This document shows positions 30,123 to 38,780 of a stretch of 64,000 nt of DNA, one piece after another. The stretch comes from Parcubacteria group bacterium RIFCSPLOWO2_01_FULL_48_18 (GTDB lineage: Bacteria; Patescibacteriota; Minisyncoccia; UBA6257; WO2-01-48-18): the NCBI GenBank assembly GCA_001824435.1, contig MHXH01000018.1, positions 1,458 through 65,457 of the forward strand, read 5' to 3'. The translations under genes were made by a program, and so were the position numbers. Position 1 is the stretch's first letter. Each line of letters begins with the position of its first letter. Under the pieces are notes generated by a model, which worked only from the letters and a program-made list of their open reading frames with translations, did no database searches and was not told the DNA's origin.

Positions 30123-30500
30123 ATGAGCATTGTAATTAATAAGAAAGCGTTTGTTGCCGCAGTCGCGCTTTTTGCGGTCATGTTCGCGGTACTGCCGTTT
30201 TTGACGTTTGCAGGTACCCCGGGAGGACCTACGCAGCCCCCGAAGAACATTACCAGCATTAGCAACTTCGTCACGGTGCTGCAGACTGTTTTGGGCTGGA
30301 TGTTCACGATCTTTCTGATTCTCGCGGTCGTAATGATCATCTGGGCAGCGTTTCTGTACTTGACTGCCGGCGGCGATGAAGAAAAAACCAAGAAGGCAAA
30401 GCAGGTATTGATTTACGCAGTTGTCGCGATCGTCGTTGCATTGGTTGCGGCAGGCGTGCCGAACATTGTCGGCTCGCTCATCGGTTCTCCGCTTCCATAA
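30123..30500 (+). CDS. VirB2/TrbC-like pilin 4
   Basis: TM-YLTAGGDEEKTKKAK-TM. Confidence 0.85.
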   Translation: MSIVINKKAFVAAVALFAVMFAVLPFLTFAGTPGGPTQPPKNITSISNFVTVLQTVLGWMFTIFLILAVVMIIWAAFLYLTAGGDEEKTKKAKQVLIYAVVAIVVALVAAGVPNIVGSLIGSPLP

Positions 30501-30522
30501 CGGCAAAAAGTGCCTCTATGAT

Positions 30523-30552
30523 AGTTCTGGGCGCTTGCGAGCGCCCAGAACT
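30523..30552. terminator. Perfect 13-bp hairpin after pilin 4
   Basis: AGTTCTGGGCGCT-tgcg-AGCGCCCAGAACT. Confidence 0.6.
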
Positions 30553-30573
30553 GCGTAAGGCATTCATTCTGGA

Positions 30574-30966
30574 ATGGTTATTGGAAAAAATAAAAAAGGG
30601 GTCGCCAAAGCAAACATGATAATGACAGCTCTATTGCTGATGTTGGTTGTATTGCCTTCTTTTATTTTCGCCCAAACTACCCCCGCAAAGCCGCCGAGAT
30701 CGATCACGAGTATTGGTCAATTCGTTACCGCTCTCTGCACCGTCATGAATTGGCTATACACTTTTTTTCTGGTATTGTCGGTTCTCATGATCCTGTGGGC
30801 CGCGTTTCTATACGTCACGAGCGCCGGAAGCGATGAAAAAATCAAACAGGCAAAACAAACCATCGTCTATGCGGTAATTGCTATCATCGTTGCCGCGATT
30901 GCCGCAGGGCTCCCGAACATTATCGAAACCCTTCTTTCTGCGCCGGCTTCTAAAATACCCTGTTAA
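30574..30966 (+). CDS. VirB2/TrbC-like pilin 5
   Basis: TM-YVTSAGSDEKIKQAK-TM. Confidence 0.83.
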   Translation: MVIGKNKKGVAKANMIMTALLLMLVVLPSFIFAQTTPAKPPRSITSIGQFVTALCTVMNWLYTFFLVLSVLMILWAAFLYVTSAGSDEKIKQAKQTIVYAVIAIIVAAIAAGLPNIIETLLSAPASKIPC

Positions 30967-31045
30967 TACAAAAAGACATTGTCTAACAGTTAGAGGATTA
31001 CATTACAAAAAGGTCGTAGAAATTCAGTTATATACGTATTTATTT

Positions 31046-31420
31046 ATGAGCATTGCCATGCGTCCAAAGACTATTATGATTGCGATTGCGTTATTGATGG
31101 CTGCGCTATTGCCGCTTGTCAGTTTTGCCGCAGCGCCGCCCGGAGGACCGACCCAACCGCCGAAAAACATCACAAGTATCGGTACATTAGTGACCGTGCT
31201 TCAAACCGTACTCGGCTGGATGTTCACGATCTTTCTGATTCTCGCGGTCGTCATGATCATCTGGGCAGCGTTTATTTATCTGACTGCCGGGGGAGAAGAA
31301 GAAAAACTGGGCAAAGCCAAATCAATCCTTATTTACGCGGTGGTAGCCGTCGTAGTGGCATTAGTTGCCGCAGGACTCCCGAACATTGTCGGCTCTTTAA
31401 TCGGATCGCCCCTTCCATAA
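31046..31420 (+). CDS. VirB2/TrbC-like pilin 6
   Basis: Start set at ATG 31046; mature region nearly identical to pilin 4. Confidence 0.85.
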   Translation: MSIAMRPKTIMIAIALLMAALLPLVSFAAAPPGGPTQPPKNITSIGTLVTVLQTVLGWMFTIFLILAVVMIIWAAFIYLTAGGEEEKLGKAKSILIYAVVAVVVALVAAGLPNIVGSLIGSPLP

Positions 31421-31450
31421 TGGTTTTTCGGATGAAGAATATCATATAAC

Positions 31451-31485
31451 CAAATTCCGCCCCTCTGGGGCGGAATTTGTATTTT
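31451..31485 (+). terminator. Terminator after the pilin array
   Basis: CAAATTCCGCCCC-tct-GGGGCGGAATTTG-TATTTT. Confidence 0.7.
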
Positions 31486-31534
31486 ACGCAGAGAGTAAAA
31501 TATACTATCATGGGTTGTGGAGCAGAATATGCAT

Positions 31535-31616
31535 GGGCGGGTGGCGGAATCGGCAGACGCGCAGGGTTTAGGACCCTGTGGGGAAACCCGTGAGAGTTCA
31601 AATCTCTCCCCGCCCA
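31535..31616 (+). tRNA. tRNA-Leu(TAG)
   Basis: GGGCGGG...CCCGCCC-A; CAGGG-TTTAGGA-CCCTG; long variable arm; GTTCAAATC. Confidence 0.95.
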
Positions 31617-31779
31617 CACTTCGACTCGCTTCGCTCGCTCAGTGTAAACCCATTAGAGCGAGGCGAAGTGCCCTGGGCCCATCGGGTCTGAGATCCTCAG
31701 GCCATTCGGCTCAGAGAGCCTCAGGCTCGATGAGGTCGAATGACTTGTCGAAAGGCTTTTAATTTTCGATTAGTGACCC

Positions 31780-31983
31780 AGAGCGTGTCCGGAAACCCCC
31801 TTTTCTACTGCAATCTCTTTCGTTCGGCTGCGGCTTCGTCGCTCCCCTGCCTATCAGCAGACAGACCTGCCTGCCGACAGGCAGGTCCTCGGCGTATACT
31901 CCGTATACAACCTCGTCGTCGCTCCTTACCTCGCTCGAACGGAGAAGAGATTTCGCTACGAAAAAGGGTTCCGGACATACTCT
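31780..31983. mobile_element. MITE-like element with a nested palindromic insertion
   Basis: Imperfect TIRs AGAGCGTGTCCGGAAACCC / GGGTTCCGGACATACTCT; internal CCTGCCTGCCGACAGGCAGG palindrome. Confidence 0.55.
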
Positions 31984-32049
31984 AGTGAGTCCACCGGTTT
32001 CAACGCACTTGCAAAAAAGAACTTTTCGTGGTATAATTGTAAACATACG

Positions 32050-33729
32050 ATGGCTTTAGGTGCAACAACTCCAAATTTTATTTCTTCTTCGCCTCTAGCG
32101 GCACGAGCTTACGATTTCGCGAAAAAGGCTCACGAGGGACAAAGGCGCGCAACCGGCGAGCCGTACATCAATCATGCAGTAGAAACGGCAAAAACCGTAT
32201 CCGCATGGAAATTAGACGAGAACGCGATAGCCGCTGCCCTCCTGCACGACGTTGCCGAAGATACGAACTGCACGCTTGATGACGTGCAAAAAGAATTCGG
32301 CGACGAAATCGTTTTTCTGGTTGCCGGAATCACCAAGCTCGGAAAGATTAAATACCGCGGTATCGAGGCGCAAATTGAGAATATGCGGAAAATGGTATTA
32401 GCAATGGCAGAGGATATCCGCGTCGTGCTGATCAAATTGGCAGATCGACTGCACAACATGGAAACGCTTTCCGTCATGCCGAACCAAAAACAGAAACGCA
32501 TCGCATTGGAAACGGCAGAAATATACGCCCCGCTCGCCTACCGACTCGGCATGCAGAACTTAAGCGGACATCTTAGAGACCTTGCGATGCCGTTCTTGAA
32601 TCCAAAAGAATACGGATGGTTACTCGAGAACGTCAAAGATCATTATGAAAGTCGCGTCGCTTATCTTGAGAGGGTGAAACCGACCATTGAAAGCTCGCTA
32701 AGAGAAAACGGCATCCATCAATTCCGTATTGACTTTCGCGCCAAACGCTACTCAAGTTTGTACAATAAACTCCTGCGCTACAACATGGACATTGACAGCA
32801 TCTACGACCTCGTGGCTCTCCGTCTTATCGTGCCATCGGTGAACGACTGTTACGCGGCGCTCGGAGTTATTCATTCGCTCTGGCCGCCCATGCCGGGAAG
32901 AATCAAAGATTATATCGCCATGCCCAAGCCGAACGGATACCGCAGCATTCATACGACGGTATTTTGTTTTGACAACAAAATTACCGAATTCCAAATACGC
33001 ACACAACAAATGCACGAAGAGGGGGAATTCGGCATCGCGGCGCACTGGGCGTACAAGGAACATAAAAGTTCACAGGAGCTTATCAAAAACGCGCAAGAGC
33101 TGACGTGGGTCAAGCAACTCCGGCAATGGCAAGAACACTTTTCCGATTCGAAACAATTCATGGAGTCGCTTAAAATCGACTTCTTCAGGGACAGGATTTT
33201 TGTTGTTACGCCACGAGGAGAAGTCATCGATTTGCCCGCCGGTGCGACGCCGATTGATTTTGCGTACAGAATACACACCGAGGTTGGCAATAGCTGCGTC
33301 GGCGCGAAAATAAATGGCAAGATTGTTCCGCTTGAGTTTGAACTCAGGTCCGGCGACGTAGTCCATATCCTGACGCAGAAAAACAAAAAGCCGTCGGAGT
33401 CATGGTTGCGTTTTGCAAAAACTGCGGCAGCGCGGGATCATATCAGGGGCGCTGTACGAACACAAAAAAGAACATTGCTCGGCATGCAGCCAAGAAAAAT
33501 CGTTGAATTCAAAATCGCGGCGGGAGATCGGATCGGCCTTCTCAAAGACGTATGCGCTGTCTTTGCGGCCTCCAAGATCAACATCGTGAAGGCCCAAACC
33601 GTTTCCACGGCCTCCATGCCGCTTATGAAAATTCAATGCGAGATAAAAGAAACCCGCGAGATCGAAAAAATGCTCATCAAACTCAAACGGCTTAAGGAAA
33701 TAAAAGAGGTAGGATACCGATATGTGTAG
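32050..33729 (+). CDS. RelA/SpoT (p)ppGpp synthetase/hydrolase (HD, SYNTH, TGS, ACT)
   Basis: AHEGQRR.TGEPY..H, LLHDVAED, KLADRLHN, GRIKDY..PKPNGYRSIHT, TGS TPIDFAY.IHT. Confidence 0.95.
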   Translation: MALGATTPNFISSSPLAARAYDFAKKAHEGQRRATGEPYINHAVETAKTVSAWKLDENAIAAALLHDVAEDTNCTLDDVQKEFGDEIVFLVAGITKLGKIKYRGIEAQIENMRKMVLAMAEDIRVVLIKLADRLHNMETLSVMPNQKQKRIALETAEIYAPLAYRLGMQNLSGHLRDLAMPFLNPKEYGWLLENVKDHYESRVAYLERVKPTIESSLRENGIHQFRIDFRAKRYSSLYNKLLRYNMDIDSIYDLVALRLIVPSVNDCYAALGVIHSLWPPMPGRIKDYIAMPKPNGYRSIHTTVFCFDNKITEFQIRTQQMHEEGEFGIAAHWAYKEHKSSQELIKNAQELTWVKQLRQWQEHFSDSKQFMESLKIDFFRDRIFVVTPRGEVIDLPAGATPIDFAYRIHTEVGNSCVGAKINGKIVPLEFELRSGDVVHILTQKNKKPSESWLRFAKTAAARDHIRGAVRTQKRTLLGMQPRKIVEFKIAAGDRIGLLKDVCAVFAASKINIVKAQTVSTASMPLMKIQCEIKETREIEKMLIKLKRLKEIKEVGYRYV

Positions 33730-33740
33730 TCGGAAATTGT

Positions 33741-34448
33741 ATGCAGGAACCCCATGTTATTTACGAAGACAACGATTTTCTTGCCATCAACAAACCTGCC
33801 GGTATGCTTGTCGATCAGGTAAGAGCCCTAGGGAAACTTCTTCCGGAACATAGAGAAGAAACACTTGCCGGTTGGCTTGAAAAAAAAATTCCCAGCGCAA
33901 AACTGGTACATCGACTTGATAAAGACACGTCCGGGATCATACTTGCCGCCAAAACTCCGGCATATTTTGATTATTTCAAGTTGCTTTTCAGGGAACGATT
34001 AATAAAAAAAACGTACCTTGCGCTTGTCGCTGGAAAATTCAAAAAGAAAACCGGCGTGATCAATGCACCGATAGGAATAAAACAAGGCATGATACGACAC
34101 ACGACCCATGAACCAAGGCGGCCGACAGAAGCGATAACGGAGTATAAGGTGGTCGGTGAATTTATCGCAGACGAAAAACCAATTTCCCTCCTTGAGGTAT
34201 ATCCTAAAACCGGAAGGACGCATCAAATCCGGGTACATCTGAATTCAATTCATCGCCCCGTCGTTGGCGACCCCCTCTACGGCGGCATCAGCGTTTCCAC
34301 GCTAGGCGCATCGCGTCAGATGCTTCATGCGCAATCGCTCGAATTTATCCTCAAAGACGGCGGCCGCATTAAATTGGAAGCAAACGCACCGGATGATTTT
34401 AACCGCATCGTAAATCATCTAGCGGCAGCTTCACGTAATGCTTCGTAA
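33741..34448 (+). CDS. RluA/RluD family pseudouridine synthase
   Basis: NKPAG, VHRLDKDTSG, TGRTHQIRVH, GDPLYG. Confidence 0.95.
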   Translation: MQEPHVIYEDNDFLAINKPAGMLVDQVRALGKLLPEHREETLAGWLEKKIPSAKLVHRLDKDTSGIILAAKTPAYFDYFKLLFRERLIKKTYLALVAGKFKKKTGVINAPIGIKQGMIRHTTHEPRRPTEAITEYKVVGEFIADEKPISLLEVYPKTGRTHQIRVHLNSIHRPVVGDPLYGGISVSTLGASRQMLHAQSLEFILKDGGRIKLEANAPDDFNRIVNHLAAASRNAS

Positions 34449-34467
34449 CCATACTTAAAACTATATT

Positions 34468-35352
34468 CTATTCGTAAAGTAGCCGCCGCAGAATTCCTGC
34501 GATATACCGAGCCCGTATAGCCGCAATCGAGAACGTCCTGTTATATATTTTTATCTCGTCGATGATACCGTTGAAGTAGCCCGAAGTGGTTCGGGCGCCA
34601 ATCGAAATATCTTCGCCTTGCCGAAGGGTTCCGGTAAGCGTTGCTCGTTCCATCACTCTGCCGTTTCGATAAAGCACCATGTTTCCTACTTTGTTGATAG
34701 CGCCGACAAAATAGTACCATTGATTAGCTTTCAGATACTTTTCAGTATCAACCTGAAAACCGGTTCCCCCGGTGTTGAATACCTTAAACGCGGTTTGATC
34801 ACCCCACCCCTCATAGCCAAATTCCATTTTATATCCGGAAGGCGCATCCCACCATACAAAGTAATACCACTGGCTTGGCTCTTCCCCGTAGTCGCGCAGC
34901 GGCTTTACCCACACCTCAACAGTGAGTTCGTCGGTCGAGGCCGAAAGGCTTGTTGATGTGCCAACAGCCACCCGATCGTCAACGCCGTCAAATTGCAGAG
35001 CCCAATTTCCGCCTCCCCTCTTAATTACTTTATGCGGCGTATCGCCTGTCCACGTTGCACCGTAGATGGTGCCGTGGTTTTTATTTCCCGATGTGTCGGA
35101 CGTCGAAGTTCCAGCACCCTCATGAAAACCCCAATACGCAACAGGTTCTCCCGCTACATTGATGGCATTTCTAATGTCATGGCTCATTTGAAACCCTTTA
35201 ACTATAGTTGATTGCTGTTGAGCCTCATTGAAGGCACGGCGAAATTCCGGATATCCGACTGCGGCGATGATAAGAATAATAGCCATCGTTATGATGAGCT
35301 CGAGCACGCTGAATCCTTGCCGCCTTTCGCCATTAAAATTCTTTCTCCTCAT
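34468..35352 (-). CDS. Type IV pilin-like protein with C-terminal LamG/concanavalin domain
   Basis: Prepilin motif QG|FSVLELII; YWGFHEG.G...D.SGNKNHG, ALQFDGVDD, FNGIIDEIKIYNR. Confidence 0.88.
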   Translation of the reverse strand: MRRKNFNGERRQGFSVLELIITMAIILIIAAVGYPEFRRAFNEAQQQSTIVKGFQMSHDIRNAINVAGEPVAYWGFHEGAGTSTSDTSGNKNHGTIYGATWTGDTPHKVIKRGGGNWALQFDGVDDRVAVGTSTSLSASTDELTVEVWVKPLRDYGEEPSQWYYFVWWDAPSGYKMEFGYEGWGDQTAFKVFNTGGTGFQVDTEKYLKANQWYYFVGAINKVGNMVLYRNGRVMERATLTGTLRQGEDISIGARTTSGYFNGIIDEIKIYNRTFSIAAIRARYIAGILRRLLYE

Positions 35353-35610
35353 GGCTAATTATGAGCTGATAGTACAAATATAACACGACGAAGCTCCGCA
35401 AGCTCACACCTACGAAACTTCATTTCTCATCCGCAGGAATACTGTGCGCCTGTCATCAACGGCGTCTCACCCGAAGGACATCGCAAGTCCTTCGGGTAGA
35501 GCATGCCCGAAAAATCCTTTTCCGCCGTGAAATTGTTTATGTTCGAACCTTAACCGCCAAGCCAAATTGGATTTGACAGAGGCGTATCCGAGATATAGCA
35601 TACTAAAAGC

Positions 35611-36072
35611 ATGTCCTCAGGGCACGGATGGAGGTATAGGCCGGTGATTATTCGCGAGATGCACGTGGAGGATTTAGCAAGAGGGTTTTTGGAAACACTC
35701 CAAAGCTTGAGCACAACAGGAAATTTAACACCGATAGAGTGGACTGACGTTTATAACGAACTCAGAAACGACCCCGTCTACAGAATCTTCGTAGCGGAGG
35801 AGGATAAAAAAGTGATCGGAACCATCACGCTCCTCCTTGAGCGAAAATTCATTCATGCCGGAGGCATGGTCGGTCATATTGAAGACGTTGCCGTGCGAAA
35901 GGGCTGGCAAGGGCAAGGCGTCGGAAGAAAACTTGTGGAACACGCGCTTCGCGAAGCCGAACAATTTGGTTGTTATAAAGTTATTTTGGACTGCGGCGAA
36001 GACAACGTTCTGTTTTACGAAAAACTTGGTTTTCGAAAACACGAAATATGCATGCGTCGTGATATGACGTAG
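35611..36072 (+). CDS. GNAT acetyltransferase, glucosamine-6-phosphate N-acetyltransferase (GNA1)-like
   Basis: ERKFIH.GG.VGHIEDVAV, QGQGVG, GCYKVILDC, FYEKLGF. Confidence 0.85.
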   Translation: MSSGHGWRYRPVIIREMHVEDLARGFLETLQSLSTTGNLTPIEWTDVYNELRNDPVYRIFVAEEDKKVIGTITLLLERKFIHAGGMVGHIEDVAVRKGWQGQGVGRKLVEHALREAEQFGCYKVILDCGEDNVLFYEKLGFRKHEICMRRDMT

Positions 36073-36097
36073 CCGCCCCGGAATTTGGCGGTTTTTC
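36072..36097 (+). terminator. Terminator after GNAT
   Basis: CCGCC...GGCGG-TTTTT. Confidence 0.5.
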
Positions 36098-36411
36098 TAT
36101 TTTTCTTTGAATTACGAAACTCAACGAGAGCACCTTTTCACAGATAAACAAAGGTGCGCGGCGTATATCCGCGGAAGATCATTGGAATGAAGTTGTGGTG
36201 GTGAAACTGGAAAAAAAACAAAAAACTTTAAGTCTCCTAAGAGCGAAGCTCGAGGTAAGATTTTCAAGGATCCCGTCTGTCCGCGGGGCAAGCTATATCT
36301 CAACACTCATTCGGAGATAAACGGGATTACGCCAACTGTATCCGCTCTCCCGCTCTCAGCGTGATCGCGGACAGTTACGGGACAACAGAAAAGAGGGTTT
36401 TCAGACATACT

Positions 36412-37797
36412 CTAAGGTTTTGTCAACGTTTCGCCGTACAGCGGCACACCGATGCCTACGATGCCCGCTCCAACCTGATACGGACTGGAAAGGGTTCCAA
36501 AAAGCACATCATTTCCATCTTCAATGCTCAATCGAAACGTACTCCCTTTTTGGGGAAAACCTCCGAGATTCGCCCTGACATAAAATGTTTTTGACGTTCC
36601 CCTCGGGACGGTTGCCGCGACATCTGAAAAATCAAGCCTCCCTCCGTTTGAAAATGGCAAGGTAATAGTAAGCGCCACAGGTTTATTGATTGCCGCATCA
36701 TAGAGCGTGAAGTCGTCGGCAATTGCTGCGGTAGGCGAAGCGAAAACAGTAAAACTCATTGAGTGCGCGACGCCGTCAAATATAACGTCGTCTGATGCGT
36801 CCGCCGTAATGCTGAAACGCATTACCTCTGTCGTAGTAGCAAGAAGAGTTTCGCCGGCAGTCACTTTTGCACAACCGCTTGCGCCTATTTCGCACGCCGA
36901 GAATATGAGCGGGGGTGGGGGCGCCGCAGTTGTAAATTGCCCCTCGGCAAATGACACATTCCGCGATGGGTCTTCGGACTGGGCCTCAAAATAATACAAC
37001 GTATACGATGAAAGTCCGCTCAGTGCCGAACAGTGACTCGTGGCATATTGCAAGCCGCCGCAGCGATCAGTCGAAATTCCCGGATAATACCCATAGGACG
37101 TTCCAAAAAGTACTCCAGTAGTGGCGGGTTCGTCGGTAAACCACTTAATGCGCGCGCTGGAGGGTGTGATATTTTCAGTCTTTACTCCGGAGATGGAAGG
37201 CGGGGTGGTATCAGATATTGTCGGAACCGGGGGGGTGGAAGAAGAAACCGCAGAAGAAGACTGCGTTGGCGTTGGCGCGGATGGCGCCTGCGGCAAGGAT
37301 GGACCGGTTAACCCATCGGCTGAGACAGGCGGGACGGCAGCTCCCAACGCATTAATCTTTTCCTGCAAAAACGCAATTTGTTTGAGGAGTTCTTGCAGCT
37401 GTAGAGACAGAACAACAGATGTAGGGTCAGGGGGAGGTGGTCCGGCGACCGGCGGCGGAGGCGGCGGTTTTTCCATTAGGGGCTGCGTGGGTAATTGCTT
37501 AAGAAGGATTTCATTCGCCTTGCCTCGCGAAAGAGGACCGAAAAATCCGGAAACCGGACTAATGCCGTACGCATTCTGGAATTTCTTCACGGCCGCGAAC
37601 GTGAGCGTAAGAAAGTTGCCGGTTACCGGACCGTTATAAAACCCCTGTTTTGTCAGAAATTCCTGCAGTCGAACGACGTCCGCATTATTTTCCATGCCGA
37701 AACTTAAATTTCGATCAAACGCCCGGGGCGCTGCCGCATAAACAAACGAATACCCGACGCAAAACACTATAATTAAACAAAGGGCTATTTTTTTCAT
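36412..37797 (-). CDS. Secreted protein with N-terminal peptidoglycan-binding domain, Pro-rich linker and Fn3-like domain
   Basis: Signal peptide; RNLSFG...DV..LQEFL...TGNF..LT..AVKKFQ; DTTPPSIS...I.W.TDEPA...LSGL...TLYYF. Confidence 0.85.
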   Translation of the reverse strand: MKKIALCLIIVFCVGYSFVYAAAPRAFDRNLSFGMENNADVVRLQEFLTKQGFYNGPVTGNFLTLTFAAVKKFQNAYGISPVSGFFGPLSRGKANEILLKQLPTQPLMEKPPPPPPVAGPPPPDPTSVVLSLQLQELLKQIAFLQEKINALGAAVPPVSADGLTGPSLPQAPSAPTPTQSSSAVSSSTPPVPTISDTTPPSISGVKTENITPSSARIKWFTDEPATTGVLFGTSYGYYPGISTDRCGGLQYATSHCSALSGLSSYTLYYFEAQSEDPSRNVSFAEGQFTTAAPPPPLIFSACEIGASGCAKVTAGETLLATTTEVMRFSITADASDDVIFDGVAHSMSFTVFASPTAAIADDFTLYDAAINKPVALTITLPFSNGGRLDFSDVAATVPRGTSKTFYVRANLGGFPQKGSTFRLSIEDGNDVLFGTLSSPYQVGAGIVGIGVPLYGETLTKP

Positions 37798-37887
37798 AAG
37801 AAGACGAAAAATACGATATATTATTTTATAGTAACAGGGAGTGGAATCCTATACAAACGATGCGTTTGTGCTATAATTAAAATATTA

Positions 37888-38245
37888 ATGGAAAAAATTA
37901 TACTCAAAAAACTTGCAGCATTATTTCTTAATAGGAGACGCACTAACCTTTTTCGGTTTTTGGATCGTGGTCGCAATGGTTGGCGCATCACCGTTCCCAT
38001 TTTTCGACTTTATGCTCGGTGAAGTTATTTTTACAATCATTGTTTTGCCACTAATTTTTTACTTAATCCGGTTTACTTCTTATCTACAGAAAGGGATTAA
38101 ACAAATATCTCTATCAAACAGCCAGTCGGGACTATTTAGGCAAGTATCGCAAAATGCAGAAAAAGCCCTGCTTTTTATTGCCATAATGAGCTTACTACTT
38201 CTCTTGGGCGGACTTATAGTGTTCACAATTTCTTTCTCCCAATGA
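37888..38245 (+). CDS. Hypothetical 3-TM membrane protein, possibly frameshifted near the 5' end
   Basis: Hydrophobic ORF 37913..38245; ATG 37888 follows TG-CTATAAT but is in another frame. Confidence 0.5.
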
Positions 38246-38288
38246 TTCTCCTCGAACGCCCTAAAATTGGTTACGCTTCACACTAAAC

Positions 38289-38693
38289 ATGATCCCTATT
38301 CTCTGGGTTTTCAACGATTTTGCGCTTCTTGTCGTCCGTATTGTGTTCGGCATTATTTTTATTGCCCATGGGCTTCCGAAATTGCGCAACATCGAAGCAA
38401 CGTCTCAAGGATTTCAGGCAATGGGCTTTGCGCCCGGCGCGTTCTGGGCGCGGTTCATTGCGCTGCTCGAAGTGCTCGGCGGGGGCGCGATGATCGTCGG
38501 AGTTATGGTTCAGCCGCTCGCATGGCTCTTTGCAATTGAAATGCTTGTTACCGCGCTAAAAGTGAATAGAAAGAAAGGGCTGGTGGGTGGTTATGAATTT
38601 GATTTAATTCTCTTGGCAGTTGCGGTTTTGCTTGGAACCTTGGGCGCGGGCAAAATCTCGCTGGATCAATATCTTCCTGTTTTCCTCTTTTAA
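38289..38693 (+). CDS. DoxX family membrane protein
   Basis: RIVFG.IF..HG..K, E.LGG, GGYEF, GAGK.SLD. Confidence 0.92.
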   Translation: MIPILWVFNDFALLVVRIVFGIIFIAHGLPKLRNIEATSQGFQAMGFAPGAFWARFIALLEVLGGGAMIVGVMVQPLAWLFAIEMLVTALKVNRKKGLVGGYEFDLILLAVAVLLGTLGAGKISLDQYLPVFLF

Positions 38694-38751
38694 ACCGGCC
38701 GCGCTTAATTTTGGTTTCAAAACAAATTAAGAAATCAAAAAGTTAAAATGA

Positions 38752-38780
38752 ATTATCGCGCCGCAGAGCGGCGCGATAAT
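38752..38780. terminator. Hairpin between convergent doxX and recG
   Basis: ATTATCGCGCCGC-aga-GCGGCGCGATAAT. Confidence 0.65.

Noticed and set aside
28810-31420. Conjugative element or prophage
   Set aside because: No relaxase, VirB4, integrase or phage structural genes; flanked by housekeeping genes.
35385-35560. Riboswitch upstream of the pilin-LamG gene
   Set aside because: Only an 11-bp hairpin (ACCCGAAGGAC...GTCCTTCGGGT); no recognisable aptamer consensus.
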